Positions 9,902 to 19,242 of a stretch of 33,673 bases of DNA are shown one piece after another. The stretch comes from Planctomycetia bacterium (GTDB taxonomy: Bacteria > Planctomycetota > Planctomycetia > Pirellulales > UBA1268), in the NCBI GenBank assembly GCA_009919445.1, contig RGBY01000003.1, positions 1-33,673 on the forward strand, read 5' to 3'. The position numbers were made by a program, and so were the translations under genes. Below the pieces are notes generated by a model. It saw only the letters and a program-made list of their open reading frames with translations. It searched no databases and was not told where the DNA came from. Numbering within the stretch: position 1 is the stretch's first letter; every line of letters begins with the position of its first letter.

Positions 9902-10776
9902 TGCGGGGTCTCCTGTTGTTTTGAGAGCAGACTGCGCAGGACGGAATGGTTGTTGCGAATATGGTCTTCGAGTCGGTTTCCGGCAGCTTCCCAATCACCT
10001 GTGATAAGGGCCTCAAGAATGCCACGATGCTGTTGTACCGCCTGCAAGGCCGCACCGTAGTCAAGTGCTTCCCATTCAAAGAGCCGTTCAAAGTACTTGC
10101 CATGCCGATCAAAAAAGTCAGCGATAAATGGGTTCTGCGACTTTTTGATGAGGTACGTATGCAGCCTTGCGTCAGGCTGCGGTCGCTCGCTTGATCGTGT
10201 TGGAATACGGTTTGCGGCAAGCATCTCTTGAAGCTCTGCCCGAACCAGTCGATGCTTCGCAAGATTGAGTGCCATGCGTTCAACCATGACGCGAAACTCG
10301 ATGTACGCATCGAGGTCTGCTTCCTTGAACGGCCGAAGCCTCCAGCCACGTCGGGGCAGGTGGACGATGATCCCATCGCCAGCAAGGCGGTGAAAGATCT
10401 GGCGAATCGTCGCCCGACTCACGTTATATTTCCGAGCTGTTGCCTCTTCCCGCAAGATGATCGAAATACCTTTGAGGCTTTGTTCAATAAGATCTTGGGT
10501 GACTGTGGCGAAATGGGTTTCAAAGGTTTGAAGGGGATCTGGCTGCTTGGTCTTTGGCTGCCGCTGCCGTCCCCGTCGCTTTGTGATGACAAGCCGGCGA
10601 TTCGTCGAGCGTTGCAGAAATCCCTCATCGATGAGTTCTGTGACCGCGATGCGAACGGGGGTTAGGCTGACGTTGTAATGGTCAGAAAGCCGCTCAAGGG
10701 TCAGCAAGTCGGCGAGCGCCTCCCCTCGGTCGATTCGAGCCATAAGGTCGTGCTTGATGTGTCTCGTCAGACTCAT
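9898..10776 (-). CDS. GntR-family regulator with two tandem winged HTH domains and an FCD ligand-binding domain
   Basis: HTH1 is LERLSDHYNVSLTPVRIAVTELIDEGFL and HTH2 is EEATARKYNVSRATIRQIFHRLAGDGII..PRRG. FCD features are DARLH..LI..SQNP and QHRGILEAL..GD..A...LEDHI. Start placed at ATG 10776; the longer ORF to 11112 runs into the divergent gene. Confidence 0.88.
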   Translation of the reverse strand: MSLTRHIKHDLMARIDRGEALADLLTLERLSDHYNVSLTPVRIAVTELIDEGFLQRSTNRRLVITKRRGRQRQPKTKQPDPLQTFETHFATVTQDLIEQSLKGISIILREEATARKYNVSRATIRQIFHRLAGDGIIVHLPRRGWRLRPFKEADLDAYIEFRVMVERMALNLAKHRLVRAELQEMLAANRIPTRSSERPQPDARLHTYLIKKSQNPFIADFFDRHGKYFERLFEWEALDYGAALQAVQQHRGILEALITGDWEAAGNRLEDHIRNNHSVLRSLLSKQQETPQ

Positions 10777-10904
10777 GGAAGGGATAGTGGGTGGCGACAG
10801 TGAGGCAGACTGCACGAGCGACCGACCTAGCGGCCCAGAGCAAGTGAGGAGGTAGGCAGACGGGATTCCCGGCCACAGGGGGGTCTGATGCTCATTAGTT
10901 TTAT

Positions 10905-10931
10905 TTTGTAGACAAAGACAAAAGTGGTCAA
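10905..10931 (-). promoter_or_regulatory. Candidate GntR/FadR operator overlapping a putative promoter of the gntR-gfo-gfo operon
   Basis: Palindrome TTTGT-AG-ACAAA (10905-10916) plus an extra GACAAA half-site, in an AT-rich patch. On the minus strand, TTGACC (10931-10926) is followed 17 nt later by CAAAAT. Confidence 0.55.
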
Positions 10932-11074
10932 GCCGGCCCCGCTGTTCGGCGAGAATCATGTTCTTCATGCGTTTCATGCGTCTGGCAAGGTCGTAAGACG
11001 ACTTGATGGACGGCGAACAGCGATGCAGATTCAGCCTCTGGCTGTTCCTACCTTTCCGGTCGATACTCAAGAAC

Positions 11075-13579
11075 ATGAACCGAGCCCCCGAACTTCTTGC
11101 TCCCGCTGGCAATCAAGACTGCCTGCGAGCGGCCATCGCCAACGGCGCTGATGCCGTCTACTTCGGGTTGGAAACCGGCTTCAATGCCCGGGCCCGAGCG
11201 ACCAATTTTACGGTCGACAACCTACCCGAAGTGATGCAGGTGCTGCACCGGTATGGGCTGCGTGGATACGTCACACTCAATACGCTTGTTTTCACTGATG
11301 AACTGGAGCCATTTGCCGAGACGGTGGCAGCGGTCGCTCAGGCTGGTGTTGATGCGGTATTGGTGCAGGACGTCGGTGCGGCACGATTGATTCAAAAGGT
11401 GTGTCCTGATCTGCCACTGCATGCTTCGACACAGATGACGCTCACCAGCGCCGAGACGATTCAGCTGGCAGAATCTCTTGGCATGGAGCGAGTTGTTCTG
11501 GCCAGAGAGTTATCGCTGGAAGAAATTACAGCCATCTCGCGTGATACCTCGATGCCGCTTGAGGTCTTTGTTCATGGGGCCCTCTGCGTGGCCTACTCAG
11601 GCCAGTGCCTCACCAGTGAGTCTCTCGGCGGGAGGAGTGCGAACCGAGGACAGTGCGCGCAGGCCTGTCGACTCCCCTACGATCTGCTCTGCGATGGGCA
11701 GGACGTTGATCTGGGAAACCAGCAGTATCTGCTTTCACCACAGGACCTCGCCGCTTTTCCACTTGTACCCGATCTGATTGCTGCTGGCGTCGCGTCATTG
11801 AAAATCGAGGGCCGCTTAAAGACTCCTGAATATGTGGCAGCGATCACCCGTCGCTACCGCGAGGCAATCGACGCAGCAGTTACGGGGGCACCAGTGATCT
11901 TTACGCCCCGCCAGATCGAGGAGATGGAGCTGACCTTCTCTCGCGGGTTTTCGCCTGGCTGGCTGCAGGGTTGTGACCACAAGATGCTGGTGCCGGCCAC
12001 CAGCAGTGCCAAGCGAGGGGTTTTGTTAGGTGAGGTCCTCGCGGTGTCAGGCCAACGAGTGGCTGTGCAGCTTGCCGCCTCTGTTGCTCGCGGTGACGGC
12101 GTGGCTTTTGAAGCGCCAGCTGATGAGCCAACCCAGGGTGGCCGTGTCTACGAGGTCTTTGTTGGAGGGCGGTCGCTTGAGCAGCCCGTCGAGCGGGTAA
12201 TCGTGGAACTGGCCTTTGGACGAAACGCCATCGACCTCACCACCATCACGCGGGGCCAGCAGGTCTGGAAGACTGACGACCCGCAGGTAACCCAGCGGCT
12301 TCGCAAGACCTACAGTGGTGGGCATCTGCAGCGGCAGCAGCCGCTCGATCTTGTCATTGCGGTAGCCGTTGGCCAGCCGCTGGTCATCGAGGCTCGTCTT
12401 GCCGATGGTCAATCGTGCCGACTGGCCAGCGAAACGCCAGTTGAAGCAGCCCGTCAGCATCCACTGACCGAGACGGTGCTGCGTGAGCAATTCGGCCGCC
12501 TCGGCGGCAGCCCTTTCAGACTTCAAAACCTGACCGCCACAATCACCGATCACCCGATGGTGCCTTTTAGTGTGCTCGGGCAACTCCGTAAGGAACTGGT
12601 CAGCCAACTGACAGCCCTGGTGGAGCAGCCAGCCTCTCGGCAGGTGGCTGCTCAGCCCGCCACGGTCGTGCGGGAACTGCTGGCTGCCGTTGCCGCACCT
12701 GCTGTTACCACGCCAACCTTGCCGACACTGCAGGTGCTCGTTCGGACAGAATCGCAACTGCAGGCCGTGCTTGACCTCGGTGAGCGCAACCTCCTGGCTG
12801 ACTTCGCCGATATCCGCCGCTATCGCGAGGCGGTTCAGCTGGCTCGCCGTTATGGGGCTCAGCTCTTTGTCGCGACGCCCCGGATTCAGAAGCCGGGTGA
12901 GCTGGGGATTTTTGCAGCCCTGGCCCGCCATGACCCCGACGGCATTCTTGTTCGCAATAGCAGCGGGCTTGAGTTCTTCCGTCAGCGTGGGCTGCCGATT
13001 GCCGGAGATTTTTCACTCAATGTCACCAACCCTGTTACGGCAGCATTCTTTCTGGAACGTGGGCTCCAGCGGCTGACGATTTCCTATGACTGTAATCGCG
13101 AGCAGCTGCTCGATCTGGTTGCCGCCACTGATGCCAGTCGTCTCGAGGTGGTCATCCACCAGCACATGCCAATGTTTCATATGGAGCACTGTGTTTTTTG
13201 TGCAGTGCTGTCGCCTGGTACCAACAAGACGAACTGCGGTCGACCATGCGACACCCACACCGTTCACTTGCGGGATCGAATTGGGGTTGAGCATCTGCTT
13301 ACGGCTGATGTTGGCTGCCGGAATACGCTCTTTAATGCGGTTCCGCAGAGTGGTGCTGAGGCTGTCGCAGCATTGCGCGAAAGAGGGGTTGGCCATCTGC
13401 GAATCGAACTTCTTGATGAGTCAGCTTCGGAGATCAGCAGCATCATCACGGCGTACCGCGATCTCCTTGCTGGAAAGGTCACTGGCCAGAGTGTCTGGGC
13501 TGGCCTGCAGGCTGCCAACCGGGTTGGGGTCACCCGGGGGACGCTCGAGGAACGTCGCAACCCCTTGGCGATTCTCTGA
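11075..13579 (+). CDS. U32-family protein with DUF3656-like middle region; RlhA-like Fe-S RNA hydroxylase (long form)
   Basis: PELLAPAG, GADAVYFG, LHASTQ, LAREL, EVFVHGALCVAYSGQC, SANRGQCAQACR, LSPQDL and SLKIEGRLK, followed by a second U32-like C-terminal region. Start at ATG 11075. Confidence 0.88.
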   Translation: MNRAPELLAPAGNQDCLRAAIANGADAVYFGLETGFNARARATNFTVDNLPEVMQVLHRYGLRGYVTLNTLVFTDELEPFAETVAAVAQAGVDAVLVQDVGAARLIQKVCPDLPLHASTQMTLTSAETIQLAESLGMERVVLARELSLEEITAISRDTSMPLEVFVHGALCVAYSGQCLTSESLGGRSANRGQCAQACRLPYDLLCDGQDVDLGNQQYLLSPQDLAAFPLVPDLIAAGVASLKIEGRLKTPEYVAAITRRYREAIDAAVTGAPVIFTPRQIEEMELTFSRGFSPGWLQGCDHKMLVPATSSAKRGVLLGEVLAVSGQRVAVQLAASVARGDGVAFEAPADEPTQGGRVYEVFVGGRSLEQPVERVIVELAFGRNAIDLTTITRGQQVWKTDDPQVTQRLRKTYSGGHLQRQQPLDLVIAVAVGQPLVIEARLADGQSCRLASETPVEAARQHPLTETVLREQFGRLGGSPFRLQNLTATITDHPMVPFSVLGQLRKELVSQLTALVEQPASRQVAAQPATVVRELLAAVAAPAVTTPTLPTLQVLVRTESQLQAVLDLGERNLLADFADIRRYREAVQLARRYGAQLFVATPRIQKPGELGIFAALARHDPDGILVRNSSGLEFFRQRGLPIAGDFSLNVTNPVTAAFFLERGLQRLTISYDCNREQLLDLVAATDASRLEVVIHQHMPMFHMEHCVFCAVLSPGTNKTNCGRPCDTHTVHLRDRIGVEHLLTADVGCRNTLFNAVPQSGAEAVAALRERGVGHLRIELLDESASEISSIITAYRDLLAGKVTGQSVWAGLQAANRVGVTRGTLEERRNPLAIL

Positions 13580-13591
13580 GCACAGCTAAGT

Positions 13592-14278
13592 TCAGGACTG
13601 CCAGACCTGTCGGCGATAGGCCAGTGGCGTGAGCCCGATGTACTTCTTAAACGACCGGGTGAAGTGGCTCTGATCGTAGAAGCCACAACTCGCGGCAATG
13701 GAGCCGATAGCAGCGTTGGATTCCGTCAGTTGGCGGCGGGCTAGTTGCAGCCTCAGTCGCATCAGATACTCGCTGGGGCTCATGCGGAACAGCCGGCGAA
13801 ACTCTCGTTGCAACTGGCTTGTCGAAAGCCCTGCCCGACGGGCCATGTCAGGGATACTGACACTTTTCCGATAGTGTCTGACGGCATGCTCAAGTGCCGG
13901 GGTGAGCCGCTGGTAATCGTGCGGTGCGTTTCCCGGCTGGTCAATCGGCCGGAGGACGCCGGCAAGGCCAATGACTTTGCCGCTCGGGTTAAGGAGCGGA
14001 ACTTTCGTTCCCAGGTACCACCGGGGCATGCCCGTATGGTGCGGCATAAACCAGGGCTGATCATGAGCGGGCTGATTCATCTCCATGATCCGGCGGTCAT
14101 CGGCAACGTATTCAGCCGCCAGAGCCGGAGGATGAAAATCAAAGTCAGTCTTGCCGATCATCTCGGCGGGGTCAGTGCAGCCATGGAGGCGAAGAAAACA
14201 GCGATTGACCCGGCAGAAACGACTCTGCCGATCTTTGCCAAAAAAGGCTGCGTCGGGGAGGGCGTCAAAGAGCGGCAA
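13592..14278 (-). CDS. AraC-family regulator with N-terminal PAS domain (true start uncertain)
   Basis: PAS region LFDALPDAAFFGKDRQSRF..VN...IGKTDFDF. AraC double HTH MARRAGLSTSQLQREF...IAASCGFYDQSHFTRSFKKYIGLTP..YR. Confidence 0.9.
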   Translation of the reverse strand: MPLFDALPDAAFFGKDRQSRFCRVNRCFLRLHGCTDPAEMIGKTDFDFHPPALAAEYVADDRRIMEMNQPAHDQPWFMPHHTGMPRWYLGTKVPLLNPSGKVIGLAGVLRPIDQPGNAPHDYQRLTPALEHAVRHYRKSVSIPDMARRAGLSTSQLQREFRRLFRMSPSEYLMRLRLQLARRQLTESNAAIGSIAASCGFYDQSHFTRSFKKYIGLTPLAYRRQVWQS

Positions 14279-14475
14279 CGCCTGGGAACGGTCAAATGCC
14301 GTCTGCCAGGCGTCAATTTCTTGGGAAGCCTTGGGGGGGCAGGCGTAATCAGACTAGACGGCGGTCGGTCGGTTCCCGCTATCATGCCGATTCACCAGAC
14401 ACTGAACTCAGAAAACCCATCGCTGGTGTGGCGATGCGGCAGTGAAACAAATTTTTGGAAGCTACGGAGCGGAGC

Positions 14476-15534
14476 ATGTCGGAAAACGCAATCGAGAAGG
14501 TGGTCATCATTGGAAGCGGTCCTGCAGGCTGGTGCGCTGCAACCTACGCGGCCCGTGCCCAGTTGCAGCCGTTGGTCTATGAGGGCGCCATTACGGAAGA
14601 GAACCGGATGGCCGGCACCCTGCCCCTGGGACAGCTTGCCCTGACCAGCGAAGTCGAGAATTACGCAGGGTTTCCAGCCGGTGATCTGGGGGCATTTCTC
14701 GACTCTGCCTTGCCGCAGGAGCGGCGGATGATGATGCCGCCGCACGATGGCCATGGTGTGACCGGTCCAGAGTTGATGGAACTGATGCGACAGCAGGCGG
14801 TCAATTTTGGCACACGGGTCGTCACGGATGACATTGTGAAAGTCGATTTTTCCAGCCGGCCATTCACGCTGGTTACGGCCGGAGGAAGTGAGGTCCGGGC
14901 CCACAGTGTCATTGTCGCGACGGGTGCCAGTGCCAACTGGCTTGGTCTCGAGAGTGAGACCCGTTTTAAGAATCGGGGCGTGAGTGCCTGTGCTGTCTGC
15001 GACGGGGCCCTGCCACGGTTCCGCAACAAGGAACTGGTCGTGGTTGGAGGAGGTGACTCAGCCGTGGAAGAGGCGACCTACCTGACCAAGTTTGCCAGCC
15101 GGGTCCACCTGGTGCATCGTCGTGACGAACTCCGCGCCAGCAAGATCATGGCGAAACGAGCACTCGAGAATGACAAGATTCAGATTCACTTCGACACGAC
15201 GCTGGCCGAGGTGCTCGGGGATGACGAGCAGGGGGTGACTGGCGTGCGTCTTGAGAGCACGACTGACGTCGCGAAAACAACAACCCTGGAAGTGGCAGGT
15301 GTCTTTCTGGCCATCGGCCATACCCCCAACACAGCCTTCCTGGATGGCCAACTGGAATTGAATGCCAAGAAGTACATCATCTGGCAGAAGCACTTCCGCA
15401 CGGCGACCAACGTCGAAGGGGTGTTTGCGGCAGGTGACGTTGCCGATGACTACTACCGTCAGGCCATTTCTGCCGCCGGGACAGGCTGCATGGCCGCCCT
15501 TGATGCCGAACGCTGGCTCGCGGAGCATGACTGA
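14476..15534 (+). CDS. trxB: Thioredoxin-disulfide reductase
   Basis: Motifs [51 protein letters not shown] and [19 protein letters not shown]. Confidence 0.96.
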   Translation: MSENAIEKVVIIGSGPAGWCAATYAARAQLQPLVYEGAITEENRMAGTLPLGQLALTSEVENYAGFPAGDLGAFLDSALPQERRMMMPPHDGHGVTGPELMELMRQQAVNFGTRVVTDDIVKVDFSSRPFTLVTAGGSEVRAHSVIVATGASANWLGLESETRFKNRGVSACAVCDGALPRFRNKELVVVGGGDSAVEEATYLTKFASRVHLVHRRDELRASKIMAKRALENDKIQIHFDTTLAEVLGDDEQGVTGVRLESTTDVAKTTTLEVAGVFLAIGHTPNTAFLDGQLELNAKKYIIWQKHFRTATNVEGVFAAGDVADDYYRQAISAAGTGCMAALDAERWLAEHD

Positions 15535-15588
15535 TGGGGTTGCCGAGCGGTCGGCTGACGGTCAGCTGCTGGGTGCTCCTGAGTCACC

Positions 15589-16731
15589 TCAGGCCATCAT
15601 TTCGCGGAAGCGGCTGAACAAGTAGGCCGAGTCGTGCGGGCCGGCAGCGGCTTCCGGATGGTACTGCACGCTGGCTGCGGCAGCGGTGCGGTGCCGCAGG
15701 CCCTCGATGGTGCCATCGTTGAGATTGCGATGAGTAACTTCGAGCGACTCAGGAAGGGTCTCTTCCTCGACGGCGAAACCATGATTTTGCGAGGTGATTT
15801 CGACCTTGCCCGTCGACAAGTCCAGCACGGGCTGGTTGGCTCCACGGTGACCGAACTTGAGTTTGAACGTTTTTGCACCGCAGGCCTGGGCGAGCAGTTG
15901 GTGACCCAGGCAGATTCCGAAGATCGGTACCTTGCCGACCAGTTCACGAACCGTGGCGACCCCATAGTCAACCACCTCTGGGTCGCCGGGACCATTGCTC
16001 AGGAAAACCCCATCGGGCTTGAGAGCCAGCACGTCGGCAGCCGTCGCCCGCCCGGGAAGCACCGTTACTCGGCACCCTTGGCTGGCTAGGTGTCGGGCGA
16101 TGTTCCACTTCATGCCGAAGTCGAGTGCCACCACATGCTTCTCATCGGTGAAGGAATGTGGCTCAGGCATGTCGCCACCAACTCGAGGCATTGGCATCGG
16201 CTGAGCGTCGGCAGCCAGTGGCTCCGCCCAGTCAGTTGGTCCTTCTGGCATTACCTCACGAACAAGATCACGCCCCACCAGCGGTGGTGCTTCGCGAGCC
16301 ATCTTCACCAGGGCATCGGCATCAAGGACTTCACTGGACAGGACACCAGTCATGGCACCATGGGTACGAATCTGTCTGACCAGGGCCCGCGTATCGATGC
16401 CGCTGATGCCAACCACGCCGGCAGCATCGAGATAGTCACTGAGAGTACCCGTGGCGACGTGATTGCTTGCCACCCGACTCGCCTCACGTACGACGAAACC
16501 GGCCATCTGCAGGTGGCCGCTCTCAACATCATCACGGTTGATGCCGTAGTTGCCGATCTGAGGAGCGGTCATCACCAGAATCTGGCCGCGATAACTCGGG
16601 TCGGTCAGAATCTCCTGATAGCCCGTCATTGAGGTATTGAAGCAGACCTCACCAGACACGGTGCCACGGTGACCAAATGCTTCACCGAGAAAGAAGGTGC
16701 CATCTTCGAGCGCTAAAGCTGCTTGTGCCAC
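15589..16731 (-). CDS. carA: Carbamoyl-phosphate synthase small subunit
   Basis: Motifs [49 protein letters not shown] and QYHPEA. GTG start at 16731 with AGGAG upstream. Confidence 0.97.
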   Translation of the reverse strand: MAQAALALEDGTFFLGEAFGHRGTVSGEVCFNTSMTGYQEILTDPSYRGQILVMTAPQIGNYGINRDDVESGHLQMAGFVVREASRVASNHVATGTLSDYLDAAGVVGISGIDTRALVRQIRTHGAMTGVLSSEVLDADALVKMAREAPPLVGRDLVREVMPEGPTDWAEPLAADAQPMPMPRVGGDMPEPHSFTDEKHVVALDFGMKWNIARHLASQGCRVTVLPGRATAADVLALKPDGVFLSNGPGDPEVVDYGVATVRELVGKVPIFGICLGHQLLAQACGAKTFKLKFGHRGANQPVLDLSTGKVEITSQNHGFAVEEETLPESLEVTHRNLNDGTIEGLRHRTAAAASVQYHPEAAAGPHDSAYLFSRFREMMA

Positions 16732-16968
16732 GCCAGTTCTTCTCCTGCCCAATGGGGTTTCTGGGGGGGTGCTGCGAGACTCCCTCAAAATCATACCAGC
16801 GGTGGCCGCCCCGGGAACCGCCCTGTTTCTGAATCGAAAATCCTGCCAAAAAGTGAAATGGAAATCGCCTGCCCTGGCCGGCTCGCTTGTCCTCTGCTGG
16901 CTGAGGCTTGGCATGACTCATTGTCCATCTGCTGGTGAGAAGACATCTTTGTGAAGGAAATAAGCCCC

Positions 16969-17685
16969 ATGCCCAGCCTGACGCGTGCCGAGGTTCGTGA
17001 ACTTGATCGAATTGCCATCGAGGAATTTGGTCTGCCCGGCATCGTTTTGATGGAAAATGCAGGCCGAAACGCTGCGTCAGCCATTCTGCGGACGGTTGGA
17101 ACGCTGGCCGCCGAACGCCTGGTCATTGCGGTCGGCCCCGGGAACAACGGTGGAGACGGACTCGTGATTGCCCGCCACCTGGAACGTGCTGGGGCTGATG
17201 TGCAGGTGGTGCTGGCTGCTGCCGCTGATCGGTTCCGGGGCGATGCGGCGACCAACTTGCGGGTTGTGGAGCGTTCTGGGATTCGGCTGACCTGTCTCGC
17301 CGGGCATCCAGGCGAAGCCTGGCAGGAGGCCCTGGCCGACGCCACCTGCGTGATCGATGCCCTCCTCGGCACGGGGGCCGTCGGGCCTGCCCGTGGAGAC
17401 GTGGCGATGGCGATCAGCAGCATCGTTGCCTGGGCTGACAGAGCGCCAGCCCATCGTGTGATCGCCATTGATCTGCCCTCCGGGCTCGACTGCGATACCG
17501 GCAGGCCCCTGGGGCCCTGCGTCCGTGCGACCCGGACGTTGACCTTCGTGGCGGCCAAACTCGGCTTCGCTGCGGCTGGCGCAGATCAATTCACCGGCCC
17601 GGTCGAAGAACTTGACATCGGTGCCCCCCGAGCAGTGCTGGCCCGGTTTGGCCTCCTCGACAGCTTGGCCCGGTCCGCTGAATAA
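16969..17685 (+). CDS. nnrE: NAD(P)H-hydrate epimerase (stand-alone YjeF N-terminal domain)
   Basis: Motifs LMENAG, GPGNNGGDG, IDALLGTG, AIDLPSG, TLTF and DIG. Confidence 0.92.
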   Translation: MPSLTRAEVRELDRIAIEEFGLPGIVLMENAGRNAASAILRTVGTLAAERLVIAVGPGNNGGDGLVIARHLERAGADVQVVLAAAADRFRGDAATNLRVVERSGIRLTCLAGHPGEAWQEALADATCVIDALLGTGAVGPARGDVAMAISSIVAWADRAPAHRVIAIDLPSGLDCDTGRPLGPCVRATRTLTFVAAKLGFAAAGADQFTGPVEELDIGAPRAVLARFGLLDSLARSAE

Positions 17686-17786
17686 GACGGTGCGATGCAC
17701 TGCCGGCGTTATGAGCCGGTGGAAATCTCTGCCACCGCATGATGCAGTAAGCAGCATCCCCAAACCTGCTCAGTGTTTCTGAGCAT

Positions 17787-17818
17787 GGCCCAAATGAGAG
17801 GCCCAAATGAAAGGCCAA
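17787..17818. repeat. Short tandem repeat GGCCCAAATGA x2 plus a partial third copy (period 13)
   Basis: Copies at 17787-17797 and 17800-17810, then GGCCAA at 17813-17818, in the nnrE-proA convergent spacer. Confidence 0.8.
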
Positions 17819-17870
17819 CGGATGTTTTGCGACGAACCGCAAAGGGAGGGAGGATCCTTGCAGCCGTGAG

Positions 17871-19136
17871 TCAGCTTTTGGTTTGGCCCGTTCCGCGGAC
17901 GACGTATTTGTATGTGGTCAATTCTCGAGGGCCGCACGGGCCACGGGCATGAAGCTTGTCAGTTGAGATACCGATCTCAGCGCCAAGCCCGAGTTCACTC
18001 CCATCATTGAATCGGGTGCTGGCATTGACCAACACCACAGCGGTGTCAACGCGAGCAGCGAACCGGTCAGCGGCCGCAGAGTCTGATGTCACGATGGCAT
18101 CGGTGTGGCGAGAGCCGAAACGGTTGATGTGGGTAATGGCCTCATCAATCGAATGAACGACGGCAAGAGAAATTTTTGGCCCCAGGAATTCGGTGGCGAA
18201 GTCGGCTTCCGTAGCACTGCCGATTGTGGGCAGGATCTCGCGGCTAGCGGCATCACCAACCAGTTCAACACCGCGTTTTTCCAGGCCAGCCGCGATCGGT
18301 GGTAACACGGCGGCCGCGACATCGGCATGAACCAGGAGTGATTCGGCGGCATTACAGACCCCCATCCGCTGGCACTTGGCGTCAATCAAGATCTGTTCGG
18401 CCATGGCCAGATCGGCAGCTTTGTCGATGTAGACATGACAGTTGCCACTGAAATGCTTGAGCACCGGCATCTTCGCCTCAGAGCAGACACGCCGGATCAG
18501 GGCTTCTCCGCCACGGGGAATCGTCATGTCGATGAGGTCATCAAACTGGAGAAAGGCACCGACCGCTTCACGGTCAGCCACATCGACCAATTGCACGCAG
18601 TCGACCGGCAGGCCCGTTTCAGTGAGGGCTTGCCGCACGCAGGTGACGATTTGACGGCTGGAATGAGCGGCCTCCTTGCCCCCGCGTAAAATGACGGCAT
18701 TGCCTGAGGCGATCGCCACTGCGGCGGCATCAGCCGTGACGTTTGGACGTGACTCGTAGATAAAAAAGATCACTCCCAGAGGCACGCGAACCTTGCGGAC
18801 TTCAAGGCCATTGGGTCGGGTGTTCGTTTCGATCACTTCTCCGACGGGATCGGGAAGGGCGGCCACGGCTTCGATACCGGCAGCAATTCCTTCGATACGG
18901 TCGGTGTCGAGTCTCAGTCGATCGGTGGCAGCTTCAGTGAGACCAAAGCCAGGAGCAGCAGCAAGGTCTTTGGCATTGGCGGTGAGGATTGCCTGTGCAT
19001 CGGCCCGAATCAGGCGGGCGGCAGCCCGCAGGCATGCGGCCTTCTGTTCTGCTGGAATCGACGCCAGTTCAATTGCTGCTGAGCGGCTGCGGCTGGCAAT
19101 ATCACGACAGTGGGTGGTGAGTTGGTCGGCAGACAT
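17871..19136 (-). CDS. proA: Gamma-glutamyl phosphate reductase
   Basis: Motifs VPLGVI..IYESRPNVT, GNAVILRGGKEA, IPRGG, CNAAESLLVH and NASTRFNDG..LGLGAEIGISTDKLHARGP. Confidence 0.97.
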   Translation of the reverse strand: MSADQLTTHCRDIASRSRSAAIELASIPAEQKAACLRAAARLIRADAQAILTANAKDLAAAPGFGLTEAATDRLRLDTDRIEGIAAGIEAVAALPDPVGEVIETNTRPNGLEVRKVRVPLGVIFFIYESRPNVTADAAAVAIASGNAVILRGGKEAAHSSRQIVTCVRQALTETGLPVDCVQLVDVADREAVGAFLQFDDLIDMTIPRGGEALIRRVCSEAKMPVLKHFSGNCHVYIDKAADLAMAEQILIDAKCQRMGVCNAAESLLVHADVAAAVLPPIAAGLEKRGVELVGDAASREILPTIGSATEADFATEFLGPKISLAVVHSIDEAITHINRFGSRHTDAIVTSDSAAADRFAARVDTAVVLVNASTRFNDGSELGLGAEIGISTDKLHARGPCGPRELTTYKYVVRGTGQTKS

Positions 19137-19242
19137 GGCGCACTCTCGAGGAATCTGGAAACAGCGATGCCCCGCCAGGGCAGTGGGCGTCTCTCTCAGT
19201 ATGCCATCTCAGGCCTGCTGGTGCTGGCAGGAGCAAGCCGTC

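Noticed and set aside
10777-11112. N-terminal extensions given by the ORF track for gntR (11112), and likewise pfkA (234), carA (16914), gfo (9994) and rluA (31399)
   Set aside because: They overlap neighbouring genes or promoter regions and lack family similarity. Downstream starts fit the family N-termini better, several with RBS or coupling support.
17787-17818. Short repeats as a CRISPR remnant
   Set aside because: The units are 11-13 bp with no spacers, and there are no cas genes.
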